DNA of 14,607 bases from an uncultured Muribaculaceae bacterium (GTDB taxonomy: Bacteria > Bacillota_I > Bacilli_A > RF39 > UBA660). Below, one piece after another: positions 14,507-14,607 of the stretch. Each line of letters starts with the position of its first letter. The stretch's first letter is position 1. The notes under the pieces were generated by a model. The model was not told where the DNA came from. It ran no database searches and saw only the letters and a list, made by a program, of their open reading frames with translations. The DNA is taken from the NCBI GenBank assembly GCA_964616645.1, contig CAZTUM010000018.1, forward strand, positions 1 to 14,607. The letters are read 5' to 3'. A program made the position numbers and the translations under genes.

Positions 14507-14607
14507 TGGTAGGGAATAATAGTTTTAAAGTAGGAATATATATAAGATTATCAAGAGATGATTTAACTAAAGAATCTGATAGTATTGTTAGTCAAAGAAG
14601 TTTACTT
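14506..14607 (+). CDS. Large serine recombinase, N-terminal catalytic domain (3'-partial, runs off the window)
   Basis: MVGNNSFKVGIYIRLSRDDLTKESDSIVSQRSLL matches the Y.R.S.(E/D)D....ES.SI.NQ signature, including the catalytic Ser, of Clostridial large serine recombinases (TndX/TnpX/phage-integrase type). GGAAGGGAG RBS. Confidence 0.85.
   Translation, partial: MVGNNSFKVGIYIRLSRDDLTKESDSIVSQRSLL

Overview
Very AT-rich, Firmicutes-like window. It has Shine-Dalgarno-driven genes, ddl and LysM, uses TGG for Trp, and needs no TGA recoding. Every credible gene is on the + strand. There are three blocks. (1) nt 1-4850 begins with the 3' part of an ExeA/TniB-like transposition ATPase and a small ORF, followed by a complete diversity-generating retroelement (DGR). 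Its order is: MutS-domain-I-like accessory ORF, Avd-like ORF, DGR reverse transcriptase, template repeat (TR, 3058-3149), an extra 113-aa ORF, then a membrane-anchored target protein whose C-terminus carries the variable repeat (VR, 4623-4714). TR and VR are identical at all 59 non-adenine positions and differ at 16 of 33 TR adenines. Every TR adenine lies at codon position 1 or 2, mostly in AAY codons. A G10 homopolymer just after the strong RBS/ATG of the first accessory gene puts that start out of frame, which suggests a phase switch or a homopolymer error. (2) nt 4870-9370 is housekeeping: rpsP, KH-domain ylqC-like, alpha/beta hydrolase, ddl, ruvA, membrane thioredoxin-like, PH-like protein, and a LysM protein that looks truncated. 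(3) nt 9370-14607 looks accessory or mobile: UPF0158-like, SWIM zinc-finger protein, RhuM-family protein, an orphan group II intron domain V/VI fragment, a DUF4143-type AAA ATPase behind a consensus promoter overlapped by a 28-bp palindrome, a small ORF, and the 5' end of a large serine recombinase. I saw no rRNA, tRNA or CRISPR array. All protein-family calls come from motif recognition by eye, not from a database search.
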